From: Rhynchobatus australiae
Lineage: Eukaryota
Assembly: GCA_034780895.1 (NCBI GenBank)
Contig: JAUZTB010000098.1
Coordinates: 48,070,906 to 48,134,905 of the forward strand
Length of the DNA stretch: 64,000 nt
Direction of reading: 5' to 3'
Shown: positions 1 through 13,229 of the stretch, in pieces
How the letters are laid out: the number at the start of each line of letters is the position of its first letter
How positions within the stretch are numbered: the stretch's first letter is position 1
The notes under the pieces: generated by a model
Told to the model about the DNA's origin: nothing
Database searches by the model: none
What the model saw: the letters and a program-made list of their open reading frames with translations, nothing else
Made by a program: the position numbers and the translations under genes

Positions 1-269
1 GCCAGATTGCAGCTTTTCCAGACCACTTATTAATACACCAATACATCAAAAGTTTGATTCAACTTAAAAAAAAAATACACAGTAGTGTAATAAATTTTCT
101 AGTGAATCGGAGGTGTTTAAATAGGAAACAGGGTCCCAGCATGTTTAAAGGGAACATGGGGAATGGGATCCTGGTAAGTCAGGTTTCAAACCATCAAGAT
201 TTCTCAGTAATGGGAAAGTGGATTATCAGCTTTTTACTGTCCTTGCAGTGTTTTGAGAAACATTTATAT

Positions 270-410
270 CTGAACTATCACTAAAAGAAACAAATAATCT
301 GGTCACTAATCACATTGCTATTTATGGCATGTTGCTTTGTATGCCTATGTTACAACAAAGACCACATTTCAAAAGTACTTTGTTGACTGTAAAGCACTTT
401 TGAGCATCAA
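270..410 (+). mobile_element. DeuSINE (SacSINE1-like) 3' fragment
   Basis: atctggtcactaatcacattgct...ttcaaaagtactt...ctgtaaagcactttt resembles the recalled SacSINE1/AmnSINE1 3' half; a second copy lies at about 35320-35570. Confidence 0.55.
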
Positions 411-444
411 CGATTTTCTTGGACACAAATCAGCTTCACATCGT

Positions 445-617
445 CAGCACCACCAGACTTAAGGACAGCTTCTACCCCACTGTGATAAGACTATTGAACG
501 GTTCCCTTATACAACGAGATGAACTGTGACCTCACGATCAACCTTGTTGTGACCTTGCACCTTATTGTACTGCACTTTCTCTGTAGCTGTGACACTTTAC
601 TCTGTACTGTTATTGTT
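445..617 (+). mobile_element. Rex1/Babar-type LINE 3' end (runs into gap)
   Basis: accaccagacttaaggacagcttctacccc...gactattgaacgg (TTRLKDSFYP), similar to the ends of the copies at 10080 and 30621. Confidence 0.55.
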
Positions 618-1399
618 NNNNNNNNNNNNNNNNNNNNNNNNNNNNNNNNNNNNNNNNNNNNNNNNNNNNNNNNNNNNNNNNNNNNNNNNNNNNNNNNNNN
701 NNNNNNNNNNNNNNNNNNNNNNNNNNNNNNNNNNNNNNNNNNNNNNNNNNNNNNNNNNNNNNNNNNNNNNNNNNNNNNNNNNNNNNNNNNNNNNNNNNNN
801 NNNNNNNNNNNNNNNNNNNNNNNNNNNNNNNNNNNNNNNNNNNNNNNNNNNNNNNNNNNNNNNNNNNNNNNNNNNNNNNNNNNNNNNNNNNNNNNNNNNN
901 NNNNNNNNNNNNNNNNNNNNNNNNNNNNNNNNNNNNNNNNNNNNNNNNNNNNNNNNNNNNNNNNNNNNNNNNNNNNNNNNNNNNNNNNNNNNNNNNNNNN
1001 NNNNNNNNNNNNNNNNNNNNNNNNNNNNNNNNNNNNNNNNNNNNNNNNNNNNNNNNNNNNNNNNNNNNNNNNNNNNNNNNNNNNNNNNNNNNNNNNNNNN
1101 NNNNNNNNNNNNNNNNNNNNNNNNNNNNNNNNNNNNNNNNNNNNCGCAGAGTAAAGAATGCTCAGGTCCGGCACTGATCTTTGAGGCTGTGGCCTACTTA
1201 TTACTGTTTCTTGTACCAGCCCAAAAGCTATGCAGGATAATAATTTTTGTTTTGCAATTGTCTGACCCACTCCCTGCTTTTGTGAGCACACCTCTATTGA
1301 AGAGGAAATTCTCAAATGGGACAAATCTTGCTATTTCTGACATTTGACTTCTGATATACTCAAAGCTGTACATAGCCAGATGAAGTGTCATTTTCATCA

Positions 1400-1735
1400 G
1401 GATTGCCATTTGTCTAATCCTCCCCATGATGGTATGCAAACATGATCTTAACCAACAGGTCCACAACAGATCCAATTGCGGTCCACATTAGCGTCAAGCA
1501 AGACTGCGTCATTGCCTCAATACTTTTCCCATTGCCATACTTCACCTCACCACCAGCAAACCTTCCAATGCATTGGAGTTGATCTACAGGACAAAGAGGA
1601 GACTGTTCAACCTACATTATCTCCACTGCAGAATCAAGGTCACCCTGACTTCAGCTATCAGCTGCAATGTTCAGACAACACTTGTGTACACATGCATTCA
1701 GAGACTGAGCTCCAAGTCAAAGTTGACTCATTCAC
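1400..1735 (+). mobile_element. Decayed RTE/BovB-like LINE reverse-transcriptase fragment
   Basis: KQDCVIASILF-like and ELIYRTKRRLFNLHYLHCRIKV segments resemble RTE RT motifs (KQGCVIAPTLF, YRTDGKLFNLRRL). Confidence 0.55.
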
Positions 1736-3309
1736 TTAAACCTACGTTAGGATGGACTTCACATTTAATAACTAATGAAATAAAAGGTCCTCCACCAATC
1801 TGCCCCTACCCAACTACCTGTACAACTTTGCCTTCTGACAATAAAGGCCCACAATATGATGCTGAAAATTATGAACCACTTCCCATTCTGGCAGACTCTG
1901 CATTGGTTTCAGCAGTCACTGCAGAACTCAGAGAACCGGAACAAAGTTATCATAAATTCACAGAGATTGCCTCAGAAGAACTGTCTAGTTGAAACATTCA
2001 CATGGTGGGGTGAATGGCCTGACCAAGCTTCTGGGATTAATTTTCTTAAAGGGATCATTTATTAATATTAAGTTGAAAAAAAATACTTTTTTTTAAAACT
2101 GCTGGCTAAAACTATTTTTTCATTACAAGGTGTGCACACCTAGAGAGATTGTCAAGTGCTTGTATTTTATCTTCCTTCAGATTTCTCTTAATAATCCTCT
2201 GTTATGCCCATCTAGGGTAATGCCAATGCAGAATAATAATCGGTATTGCCCTTCTAAAAAATCACTTAACTTTAAAACATGCTGTTTTAGATTTGAATTT
2301 CAAGTCAGAACTTGTACCTATCCCTAAAGCAACATTACATTGCAATTCATTGTGCAAAACATGCTATACATTAGTGTCATTTCACTGTACTTTGGCAGCA
2401 AAATGTACTCCACTGAAATCAATCAAATAAAATGATTTCAATGAAATGAATTTTGCATGAGGCAATGTACAACTTTCTCTTACTACTGCATTGTATGCTT
2501 GGCGCCGGTGGATTGGTGATAAGTTTCTAGGCTCTGATATTCTCCCAGTACAAATTTTATCAATTTTGTGAAATCAGAATTGAAAATTTGAGTAAGTGTG
2601 CCTTCAATACTTCATTCAATAGCAATTTAATACTCCTACCATCAGAAAAAAATCTGGCTTCCAATACAAACAGCAAAATTTCTGACATGATGCATCGAGT
2701 ATAAAAGGAAAGGTAGCAATTTTTAAAAATTTTATGATTCTCCAAGTGAAACTAGCCACTTGGTGACAACACCTCAAACTGTAGTCACTTCTGCACCATG
2801 AATTCACACCCATTTCACGCTGGTCACAAAGAGCAGTGGTTTCTATCCCAGCAGTCTGTAATGGATGTCAACCTGTCTCCAAGAACCTATACTGCCATAT
2901 GCCATATACCATATGGCAACCTATACCATAACAGAACCTATTCNNNNNNNNNNNNNNNNNNNNNNNNNNNNNNNNNNNNNNNNNNNNNNNNNNNNNNNNN
3001 NNNNNNNNNNNNNNNNNNNNNNNNNNNNNNNNNNNNNNNNNNNTTCTGCCAGCCCAACTCCATATAGATCTATTCATTGCTTGGTATCTCAAGGTGGTAA
3101 AAATGGGAATAATGCCATTCTCCAAACCATTTCTCATTTTGTGATAATATCTGATAACAAATATAACAAATAAATATTCCAATCCGAGCTCTAGCTATTC
3201 TTCCAACTTCGAATATGACTAAATAAAGCATTTTGTCCTTATTTATTTTCTTCTGATTTTCATGCACAATGAACAAATCCTCGATTCTATTAACTATTTC
3301 CACAAGATA

Positions 3310-3900
3310 TAGAACAGCGATAGGTGTTGAGGAGAGTGGGATCAATAGGGACTGCCAACTCATGCAGTGGACAACTGGACATGGTGGGGTTTTGGGGGAG
3401 GCTGCAGGGACAAGGAGAAGTCTCATACATAATTAGTTTATTTGGGGGAGGGGAAGATGTTGAAATTGGTGATATTCAAGCAAATATGGGGGTGATGTGC
3501 AGGTGGAAGTCCTTGGACAAATGATGCAAAGGGATTTGTTACACTTCTCGTAATCAAATCGGAAACAAGAACGCGCATGGCTGGGAAGTGAATGGAAAAG
3601 GATGTCAACAACATTATTTGGCTGTACAGACATTAAAACATAGAGGAAGTTTATACTATTATGTGGTGCCTGTGCAGTTGAGAATTGTGACGGAGAAGTA
3701 AACCACCCTCATAGACAAGGTCACTGAGGAGAGCATCTGCTTAAGTATAAAAGTGTGTGAGGGGTTAAATGCAATGGGGAAAGCAATACAAGGTGTCAGG
3801 ACAGGGGGTAGGAGAAACTGCAGAGATGGGCCAGTTGTACATGGGCAGAGGTGGATTTGCAGCTCTGTGGTATGAATCAAAATAACTTTGGAGAAAAAGA
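3310..3900 (-). mobile_element. Probable very old L2-like LINE remnant
   Basis: Purine-rich + strand and a GDFN-like remnant on the minus strand; a similar block lies at about 36720-37390. Weak. Confidence 0.3.
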
Positions 3901-4569
3901 GAGTGTTGGCAATGCAGAGAACTAATAGTCAATCCAGTACCACAGGATCAATCACAAAGTATATCTCCGGTGATTTTGACAAGAGCAGTCTTGTTACTAC
4001 ATTCAAACACAGGTCAGAAAGATAAATAATAAGGCAGGAATGACTAGAGCCAAAAACAAAGCACAAACATGAACAAACATGCAAACAGGTCAGAGCTGAT
4101 GAAGAAAAAGCCAAGAATACTTCAGGTTTCCATTTATTTTCAGTGCAGCAAAACATGTATTACACATCAAAAATACTAAATATATTTTGCCACCCCATGT
4201 TTTTAGTGTGGAGGTTGGGTGATTTTTTTTTTCCCCCAGCTACAGCTGAATTTTGATAAGGGAAAACTTGCAATTTTTTAAGTTGCTATATTGTGGTGGA
4301 ATCATTAAGCAATGGAAAGTGATTTGTGGCTCAAGGTTGAATATTGAAAGATGTACAGAATGGCAAAAGAAATGTTAAACCACAAATGATCATCCTACAG
4401 ATGATTAATAAAGACAATGCTTGATGAGCAATTGCATATTCGTAATTCTTATATTGCTATCTTTACTTTTTCAGTGATCTGCACAGTGAACAATTCTTTC
4501 GAAGTTTGTGAACATCTCAAAAACTAGCCTTCAGATAAAACTTTACAGTATGTCATGAAGATCCATATT

Positions 4570-4750
4570 GTTAAGCAAAAAGTCTGGAAGAACTCAGCCA
4601 GTTAAGCAGCATCTGTGGAAAGAGAAACAAGTTAAAGTTTTGGGTCAACAACCCTTCCTCAGAACTGGGGGAAGAGTGAAGGGTTTGTAGTTTTCAAAGC
4701 TGACGGATCAAGATCTTCCAGCATTTTAGATTCCATTGTCTGCAGATTTA
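4570..4750. mobile_element. Penelope-derived fold-back element (old copy)
   Basis: ctggaagaactcagccagttaagcagcatctgtgg arm, hammerhead-like core on the minus strand at 4630-4666, and a partial opposite arm. Confidence 0.6.
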
Positions 4751-6559
4751 TTTGTTTTCCATGTTGTTTTCAGGATTCAAAGGAAACAGAGTAGGAGTTT
4801 TTAGTGACAAAGTCTCCAGATTAAACGGTCAGTGCACTTGAAAGAGGCTGATTAAATTTAGTTAGCTATCAATTGGAATTTGCAGCAAATTTAACATAAG
4901 ACATTACTATTGTCTACAGAATACATAGCAAATTCTGGAATTAGAATCCTGCATAATTTCAGTATGAGGCCATTAAAAGCCATAGATTCTGGAAAAATAT
5001 CAAAGAATTGCAAATTCTAAATCAAAGACACATTGGACCTCTCCTTGTGCTACTAATTTCTATAAATCATCAACCATTGCGCATTACTGTGGGCAGTATC
5101 GTAAATGCAACTGTTTGTACATCCATAAGTGCATTTTATATTCATTACACTCTTCTGAAACAGCTAAACTTTTCACTAATTATTTTTNNNNNNNNNNNNN
5201 NNNNNNNNNNNNNNNNNNNNNNNNNNNNNNNNNNNNNNNNNNNNNNNNNNNNNNNNNNNNNNNNNNNNNNNNNNNNNNNNNNNNNNNNNNNNNNNNNNNN
5301 NNNNNNNNNNNNNNNNNNNNNNNNNNNNNNNNNNNNNNNNNNNNNNNNNNNNNNNNNNNNNNNNNNNNNNNNNNNNNNNNNNNNNNNNNNNNNTAAATAT
5401 ATAAGTATCGGTTCAAAGCTTGAATTAAACTACCTTAAATTTCTGCATTTAAATTGAAATTTATGGCTGGCTTACTATCATATGTAAATTAGAAGAAGTT
5501 AAGGCTAATTGATCAGGAGACCCATTTTTGTAAACTGTCTCACAACCAGCCTTGTTCCTTAATTCAAGTTCTTGTACATGAGGTTTGAAGGTTATTTTCT
5601 AAGTCTGTGCCACCAGTAAGAACCTACACCTTTAACTAGATATAACTGGAACTGGCAAGCATGCTGCCAACTACTTCCTATCATTTAAAATTATTGGCTG
5701 GAAAATTGTAGAGTGCCCACAATTTCCCGACACCCTTATTTGGCAGAGAGCTGGAAATTGGCCTCCGCAAGGAGTTATAGTCAAAGTAGTTCATGCTCTG
5801 GGTTTTTTTTCTGAAATAGTTGAGGTAACCTCCATGAGTTCAAACTGTTTTTTCAAGATGCCCTCATTAGCAATCTCTATAGTTCAATATGTATGTCCAT
5901 GAATAATTGAACCATTATACCAAGTTTAATCTCAAGCTAAATGGAGTTGACTGACTGCAGACAAAATAGGCAAAAAGGAGTGAGTAATGGTCTAAAAAGA
6001 AAGTTAACCGACCAGGGACCCAACTCTTGATCACTACTTAGAGACCTATACTTATGAGGATTTTAGACAAGTTGAAAAACTGAAGTAGTCTTGAAGTATA
6101 AAAGCTAAGTGGCACTCATACAAGGGTCACAGATTCGCTGGTTGGTGGAGTTGCTGGAGGGCATCATGTGTCATAACAAATGAAAACCAAACAGAAACGA
6201 TGCATAAAAATAGGCAAGAATCAAACGGAACCAGATCAATTGATTATTTGGCCTGGCAAGTTTTTGCCTGTGCAGATCAAAATAGAGATTCCACGTAGTT
6301 AATAATCTGGCTGCCGTGACTTTACTGAAATAACCCCAAGATCACAGGTACATAGGAACAAAAATAGCCCACTTAGTTCTTTGAGCCACTTCCACCACTT
6401 AACAAGAGGAGTTCCGATGAAGCTATTTTGACTTGAAACATTAGTTGTTTCTCTTTCCACAGATGCTGCCTACTCTGCTGAGTGTTTTCAAAATTTTCTG
6501 TTTTTATTTAAGATCACAACTGATCTTGACTTAATTCAATACACCTATGCATATATTTC

Positions 6560-7480
6560 AGCAAATCTCTTCTGCATCCTCTCCAAAGCCTTCCATCTTT
6601 CCTAACATGGGGCTACTAGAACTGGGTGCAATATCCATGTTGTGGCCAAGCCAGCCAGCCAGTGCTTTCTAAAGGTTTCTCATGATTTCCTTGATGTTGG
6701 ACTCATTGCCTCCATTTATAAAGCTCAGGATCCTGAATGTTTTTTTTTAACTAAACCAATTTCTTAACAAACCCTGCCACTTTCAATGAACCACGCACAT
6801 ATAGTCCTAGATCTCTCTTATCTCATACTTCTTTTGGAATTGTGTGCTCCAGTTTCTATTGCTCTCTTCATATTTTCCTACCAAAATGTAACACTTTGCA
6901 TTTCTCAACATTGCATATCATTACTCTCCTCTGCAGCCATTCCACCAGCCGTATCCATAGTTCATTAAGGTCCATTACTTTACTCCTCACACAGTTTATT
7001 GCATCTGCAAGTTATGTGTCTTTTGCAGATTGAGAATGGCGCCCTGTAAGCCCACACCCATGTCATTAATACACATTATGAAAAGCTGTGGGGCTAGCAA
7101 GAATTCTTGGGAAATTCCACTACATAATATGCCCAGTCTGATAAACAACCTTACAGTATTAATTTGTCTCCAATTACTTCTGTTTTCTCCCCCCATACTG
7201 CTAACAGCCCTTTTGTTTATTACACAACCTTCAAACTGATGATTCAGCACCTAATCAAATGTCTTTCGGTAGTCCATATATACCATATTTTCTTCATTGA
7301 CCCTCACATTTACTGCATTAAAAAAACTCTAACAAGTTAGTTAGATGTAATTTGCCTTTGGCAGGTCTATGCAGGCTTTTTTTTTTAAAATCAATTTACA
7401 CTTGATCTGGTGACTACTAATTCTATCCACAACCATCATTTCTAGAATTACTCGTCTTCCTAATTTTGGAATGACCTACA
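6560..7480 (-). mobile_element. Old CR1 LINE RT fragment
   Basis: Minus-strand VYMDYRKTFD-like and SGISQEFLLAPQLFIMCINDM (from [20 protein letters not shown]) remnants. Confidence 0.65.
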
Positions 7481-10079
7481 ATTGCCATAGTATTCTTCTG
7501 CCTGCTGCTCCCCACCCTGAATGTCTTCCTTCATTAATGTGCCACAATTAGCATTCTGGCTGCTTATCCAAAGGTTATTATCCTTTTCCCAAGATGCAGC
7601 AAATACATGCTCTGCCTGTTGAATAAGAGCAGCAACTGTAGATCCTTATTCCCTACTCACTGTGTTCCCTTTTCTCTATACACCACTGGTCACACCAGTC
7701 CCATTCTGACCCTATACTTTGCTACAAGGTGTGACCAAGGTTAGCAGCAAACTGTCAAAAACCTCACCCTGCTTCCCACTAGATGCCAGACCAATGCATT
7801 TTGCACTCTAGCTCAATAACTTGGAATCAGACAGAGATTTCAAGATGGGGAAATCTACTGCACGTTTGTTTGGGATAATTTCACTGACCAGTAATCAGGT
7901 TCTACTAGTATAATTGCTTTTTCAAGCTTCTAAGGAGTCTACGTTCTAGATGACAGCAACTACGTGTTTAGTGATGGACCTTTTATACTGTCTTTCTGTG
8001 CTTCTCTCCATTTATATTTATATTTCTACACCATCTTCCTGTTATTGTCATGACAGAAACTTTGGAATAATTTTGAAGAGGTCCAGACTGCAGAGTCAGT
8101 ATATATTTAAAGAAATGATTTGGGGCACAGATGATAATTAGGCAAACATGAGTGTTGCAGTTTATCAGTGGATCTCAAGTCCTAATTAAGATGATCAAGA
8201 AGGAAACGTTGAATTGGAAAATGTGCTTGGATGAAACTTCCATCTTCTCATATTAAAGGAAATGCAAATAATCTATCAACCGCATAAAATGAAGGTTCAA
8301 TAATAAATCCTTTTCATTTGCACCTTCAGGGAGTATCCTGACCCAGAGAAAACCATCAAAGCACACACATCCAGGCATCCTGGAGACTATACTAGCACAG
8401 GTTGTCGATTCCGTCCACAAACTCATACCTTGAATGCATAAACAAGCCACTGTGTAAAAACCATTCATCCGATTTGATGAAAGTTTGTTTTAATAAGAAA
8501 TTTAGAACTGCTTGGGCTGTCATTCTCAAAAACATGTAACATATAGAATTACCACACTCTTAAATATTCTGAAGAAATAAACTAGACCTTTGAATAACAT
8601 AATTTCTGAATAGTTCAAGATATCTATAGTCCCACTGGTCTCTTTTTCAACAAATAACTACACACAATATTCAAGTTACGTTCATTTAAACATAAGAGTA
8701 ATTAAAATGTTTTATCATGGCAAAATCCTTAAACTTCTTGTACAACTATATTGTGGTTGAGTTTAGCAGCAGTGGTTCAAGAACCCAAACTGCCACCATC
8801 CTTTTAAGCTTGTTGAGGATGGCCATTAAATGCTGGCCTCAAGTCACAAGAGCTTTCTTTTTAAACTACATCATCACTTCACGTATCAGATATTTTTATG
8901 TAAGCAATTTTCAAAACTTGGGCATCATAGAACAAACATCTTTCTCTCCCAAGTTTGCAACTTATAATAGTGCACCACTTTGGAATTGCTTGTATATTTA
9001 ACTATAGGAAATACCGAGTAGTAGCAAACATATGCAAGTCAGCAATGAAAGATGTGACAGTACAGCATTTTTTAATCCAAGAACCAAAACAGTCAGGTTT
9101 TTCCTATCAGTAATATAAAGTAGATGGTAAACATCATGAAGGGTCTGGTCACCCAATCTGATCCTATTGGGACCCAACAATCAGATATTGAGGGTTGGGT
9201 TGGTGCAGATCTGGCTCACCATTTTATCCAGGTCACTTTGATTTTATTATCACATCTCCTCTGACTTTGCTCGAAATTTTGTGTTTCATCATCAAACAGA
9301 TCAGCAGCACATTTTGGATTGTTCTCTTTACTGTGAAGGTCCAGTCAGGTATGGTGTGTGAGCTTGCATTACATTCAGGCTGCCCATGGCCAGGATATGA
9401 TCAGGGTGCGTTCTAAGTTTACACTTGAGCAGACATATATTGGAATGCAACATGTGCAGAAGCATTCCCCTTCCACATACACATCCAGAATGTGTCAAGC
9501 AACATCTGTCAATCATCTTTATAATGTTCAACAAGTCATTAGAGTCAATCTAAAAGCAGTAAGTTATTGGAATAATATCAGAATTTTAGACAAGCCCAGC
9601 TTTGGTCTATTTACAATGAAGTGAGAATGATCTTCCCAGTATCATAGTGCTAAACATTTCCCATTCCTCTCCTAACAACGGCTCTTAAATGACCTCTAGA
9701 TTATAGTACCATGTAAACTCATTAATCCTCATTGAATGGCTTTTTCCACAAGATGGATCACTTCACAGAGAAAAACATTTTACCTGGAAGCAGCAGATTC
9801 CTTCCCATCAATCACAGAACTGTACAGACAGCACCCAGTTCATGCTTCAGGCAACAAAACTAATCAGTCTGCCAGCTTTAAAGCAATGTTGTATCATACT
9901 ATGCCTGGAAATTTTTGGGAGAACCTTTCTGCATATCTCACTGCACTATCCATAGTTTTCAAATCCTGACAGAGTCATGATGAACTAATCAAACACACTA
10001 CATTACAACAAGTAAGTGCTGTCTTACCCATCAATACTGTTTTCACCCAGACATTAAATTTACCAACCAGTTTCATGAT

Positions 10080-10582
10080 GTAATCATGAAAAAGGCATGC
10101 CAACAGCTCTACTTCGTTAGGAGTTTGAGGAGATTTGTTATGTCACCAAAGACTCTTATAAATTTCTATAGGTGTATGGTGGAGAGCATTCTGACTGGTT
10201 GCATCACCGCCTGGTTTGGAGCCTCCAATGCACAGGGCTGCAAGAGGCTGCATAGGGCTGTAGGCTCAACCAGATCCATCATGGATACAACCCTCCCCAC
10301 CGAGGACATCTTCAAGAGGCGTTATCCATCATTAGGGATCCTCACAATCTGGGACATGCCCTCTTCTCATTACTTCCATCAAGGAGGAGGTACAGGAGCC
10401 TGAAGGCCCACACCCAATGATTCAGGAACAACTTCATCCCCTCTGCCATCAGATTTCTGAACGATCCATGGACACTATCTAATTATTCCTTTTATTTGCA
10501 CTTTTTATGTCTTTGCATGCTACAGCTGCGGCAAAACAACAAATTTCAAGTCATATGTCTGTGATAATAAATCTGATTCTAA
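10080..10582 (+). mobile_element. Rex1/Babar-type LINE 3' fragment
   Basis: KKACQQLYFVRSLRRF...FYRCMVESILTGCITAWFG; ends ataataaatctgattct. Confidence 0.8.
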
Positions 10583-11966
10583 TTCAGCTGCCATATTGAT
10601 GATTAATTCATAACAACCATCTTAATTTGTGGCCAACAGTCTACTTCAGAGACAATTGTAGCATCAGAAGAACTGCAAACAAGTTATGTGTCATATGGAA
10701 AACTAAATACATACAAAATAAATATGAGGCATACTCTGCAAGTACTCATGGCATTGTTTTTGATAGAGTATCAAAAATACTATTTTCCAAACAATTGAGT
10801 AAAGTGAAAGATTTTCCACAAATCAAGAGTTCTTTGCAAATTTCAGTTGCAGCAGCATTGAAGCATTTTAAAGTAAAATTTAGAAAAGTAACTTCCTCAG
10901 ATTTCTCTCCATCATAATTGACGAAGCTAACTTGTGCTGAGCTCCATTTGTTGGCAGCAATGCTTCATCTAGGCAGTTTTTCATGCCCTAATGTGCCTGT
11001 TCACAAGCTAGGTGAACGTGAAAAATTACAGCAGAGTCTGATGCTGGCTATATCCCACATAAACAAATGTGTGCTTCCAGACGCTGATCACATTGACATA
11101 CATCTGCCTTTTTTTATGCTGAGAGATCAGCTACGGTATGTTTACCACCACCTGGCTGAGATCAGTTGATGGAAGATGACTCAGAATCAAATCCAAAAGG
11201 TATGTTCTTTACTGGAGGGTGCACCTGGCAACTATTCATCAAGAAGGCACCTTTTATATACAAGGATTAAGTTGTACCTAAATGAAGTGTTTAAACCTTG
11301 TTTCATGCTAATTTGTAGAATCTGTACTTCCACAGCATCTCTCACAAATAGCATATGGGCATTCAAAGAAAGTCAAGAAGGGAAGAGTTATTATCCATAC
11401 ACCAAACTATCCGTTACTGCTGGAATATGCAAGGTGTGCATTTTATAGACAGGGTATAACGCAGCTGTAGCACCCAACACAGTCAGGAAGGATGTACAAA
11501 GCTTACCAATTTGGGAGTAAGATAGGTGGATGTTTACCCTGTGATTTCTAACATAAAAGAAGTTTAATACCTCATGGAAAGAAGTACAGAGAGTAGAAAA
11601 AGCTTTGGGAAGGCTTTTGGGTTAGCCACCACAGCAGTAAATAATCCTCTGAACACCATTGAAATACTACTGGGGACCCATACCACAATACAAAGTTCAA
11701 GTAATAAATCCTCCATGCTGAGCCACTGAACTCAAGAAATTACCCTTGTGCAGGAATACAGTAATCATATTCCTGTGATTTCTTCTGTTGGATATTTAAA
11801 AATGTATTTTATGAGGCGTTTTTAGTGGCAATAGGCAGAGGAAAATTTCCTGAATGTAGTTACAATATCAGTCTATGTAGTGACCAGAACTGCTTACTGA
11901 AGGGCAACAGTTCCCTGCAACAAATTTTCTGTTGCTGGTTACTACGAGACTGCCCAGTGAATTTAC

Positions 11967-13229
11967 CTTGTTGGCTGTCACTTCCAGAAACCCTTTGGGT
12001 TTGTTCCTCTGATCCTGAATTCACACCGTTGTTTCCTTGCAGGACGACCTCCTTCTTGCTCAGAGAGCCTTTATTTACAGAGTTAACACGTGTAGGAATT
12101 GGCACAAATGTGGGATCTAGATCCATTATCAGTTTATTAAGTTGTTCAATTGACTGATCAATATCCAACGTTGGGGAAGATGACAAATCCTGTTCCTCAG
12201 ATCCCAACCTTGCACTGTCAGCAACCTGATCAGCCTCAGATGGTTTGCGAGCTTGCTTCTCATGCTCAAACAAGACATCAGAGCTTTGGTGGCCTTGTAC
12301 CTTACTGTCCCCTGACAAGGTACTAAGCCCTCTCTGCACAGCATCCCTACTGCTCGACCCTCGTGTTGGAGTATCCGGAAGCTTGGATGGTGTTTGCATT
12401 CTGTTTGGATCTTCTCCAGTGCCCAGCATTGCAAACCTCAAATCACTTTCTGCTGGATAGGCATACTGTTGAGCAGCAACCATCTGCTGTTGCCGGACCC
12501 AGGTCTGAGTTGAATAATTACTCTGATTATAAACTTGTGGTTGTGTCGGCAGTGATGGGTTTCTGGGTCGCTGAAAGACATTTTTTCCCTCAGGAACTCC
12601 AACAAATGTTCTGTCATATGCTGTTTCTGTTCCAATACCAAGGTCTGGTACAACAGCATTATGCAGATCATCTCCAGTGTTACTTCCAAATCCATCTGAT
12701 AGCAGAGAGTTCTGACTGCTCTTGTGAAAACTGAAGTTTCCCAGATTGTTTGATGGTTGGCCTTCTGAGGAGGAAAGAGTGCCTATGCTGTCCACACTAT
12801 GCAGATCGTGATTTGGCATTTCATCATCTAAAATGTCAGTCTCTCTGTCCTTTGCTTTCAGTTCACCATTCACATGAACCTGAGCTGGTACAATGTGACG
12901 TACTCCACTGTATTTCACTCTTGTTTCAGTCATATCCTTCAACTGTACCGAATTCTCCAGTCCAAATCCACTTAAAAGCCTGTCCAGCTCAGCTTTCTCT
13001 TGCAGGCTTAGTCCTCGTTTAACACCTGGGGGCAAGTGTTCCTCTGTTCGGTCTGTTCTTATGGAGGCTGTGGAGTTTCCAGAGTCACTGCTGACTGACA
13101 ACGTATGTTCAATCTGTTCAGGTCCTGTGGTTACAGGAGCACCACCAATAGGAATATTGCCCTCGGAAGAACTTTTCTTTCGCACCTTGGCATACAGGCT
13201 TCCATCAATTGGGCCTTGGGTGTGTGACA
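11967..13229 (-). CDS. TNS3: TNS3 large exon, disordered central region (VSHTQGPIDGSLYAKVRKK...GSDSQQ), 1263 nt, phase 1/1
   Basis: 456-aa ORF 11860..13230 with tensin motifs AELDRLLSGFG, RETDILDDE, TQTWVRQQQ and LDIDQSIEQLNKLIMDLDPTF. Acceptor cttatcctag|TG; donor CAAG|gtaaat (3' boundary less certain). Confidence 0.92.

Noticed and set aside
491-1347. Long ORFs of 211-277 aa (also around 5008-5457, 25481-25970 and other gaps)
   Set aside because: They are open only because they cross N runs.
11507-11784. Possible small exons just downstream of the large exon (11547-11507, 11772-11744)
   Set aside because: Lengths are not multiples of three, or there are in-frame stops, and there is no resemblance to the next expected TNS3 exon.
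1-11860. Search for the next TNS3 exons (RKLSLGQYDND-like, SH2, PTB)
   Set aside because: None recognised; they probably lie left of the window or within the gaps.
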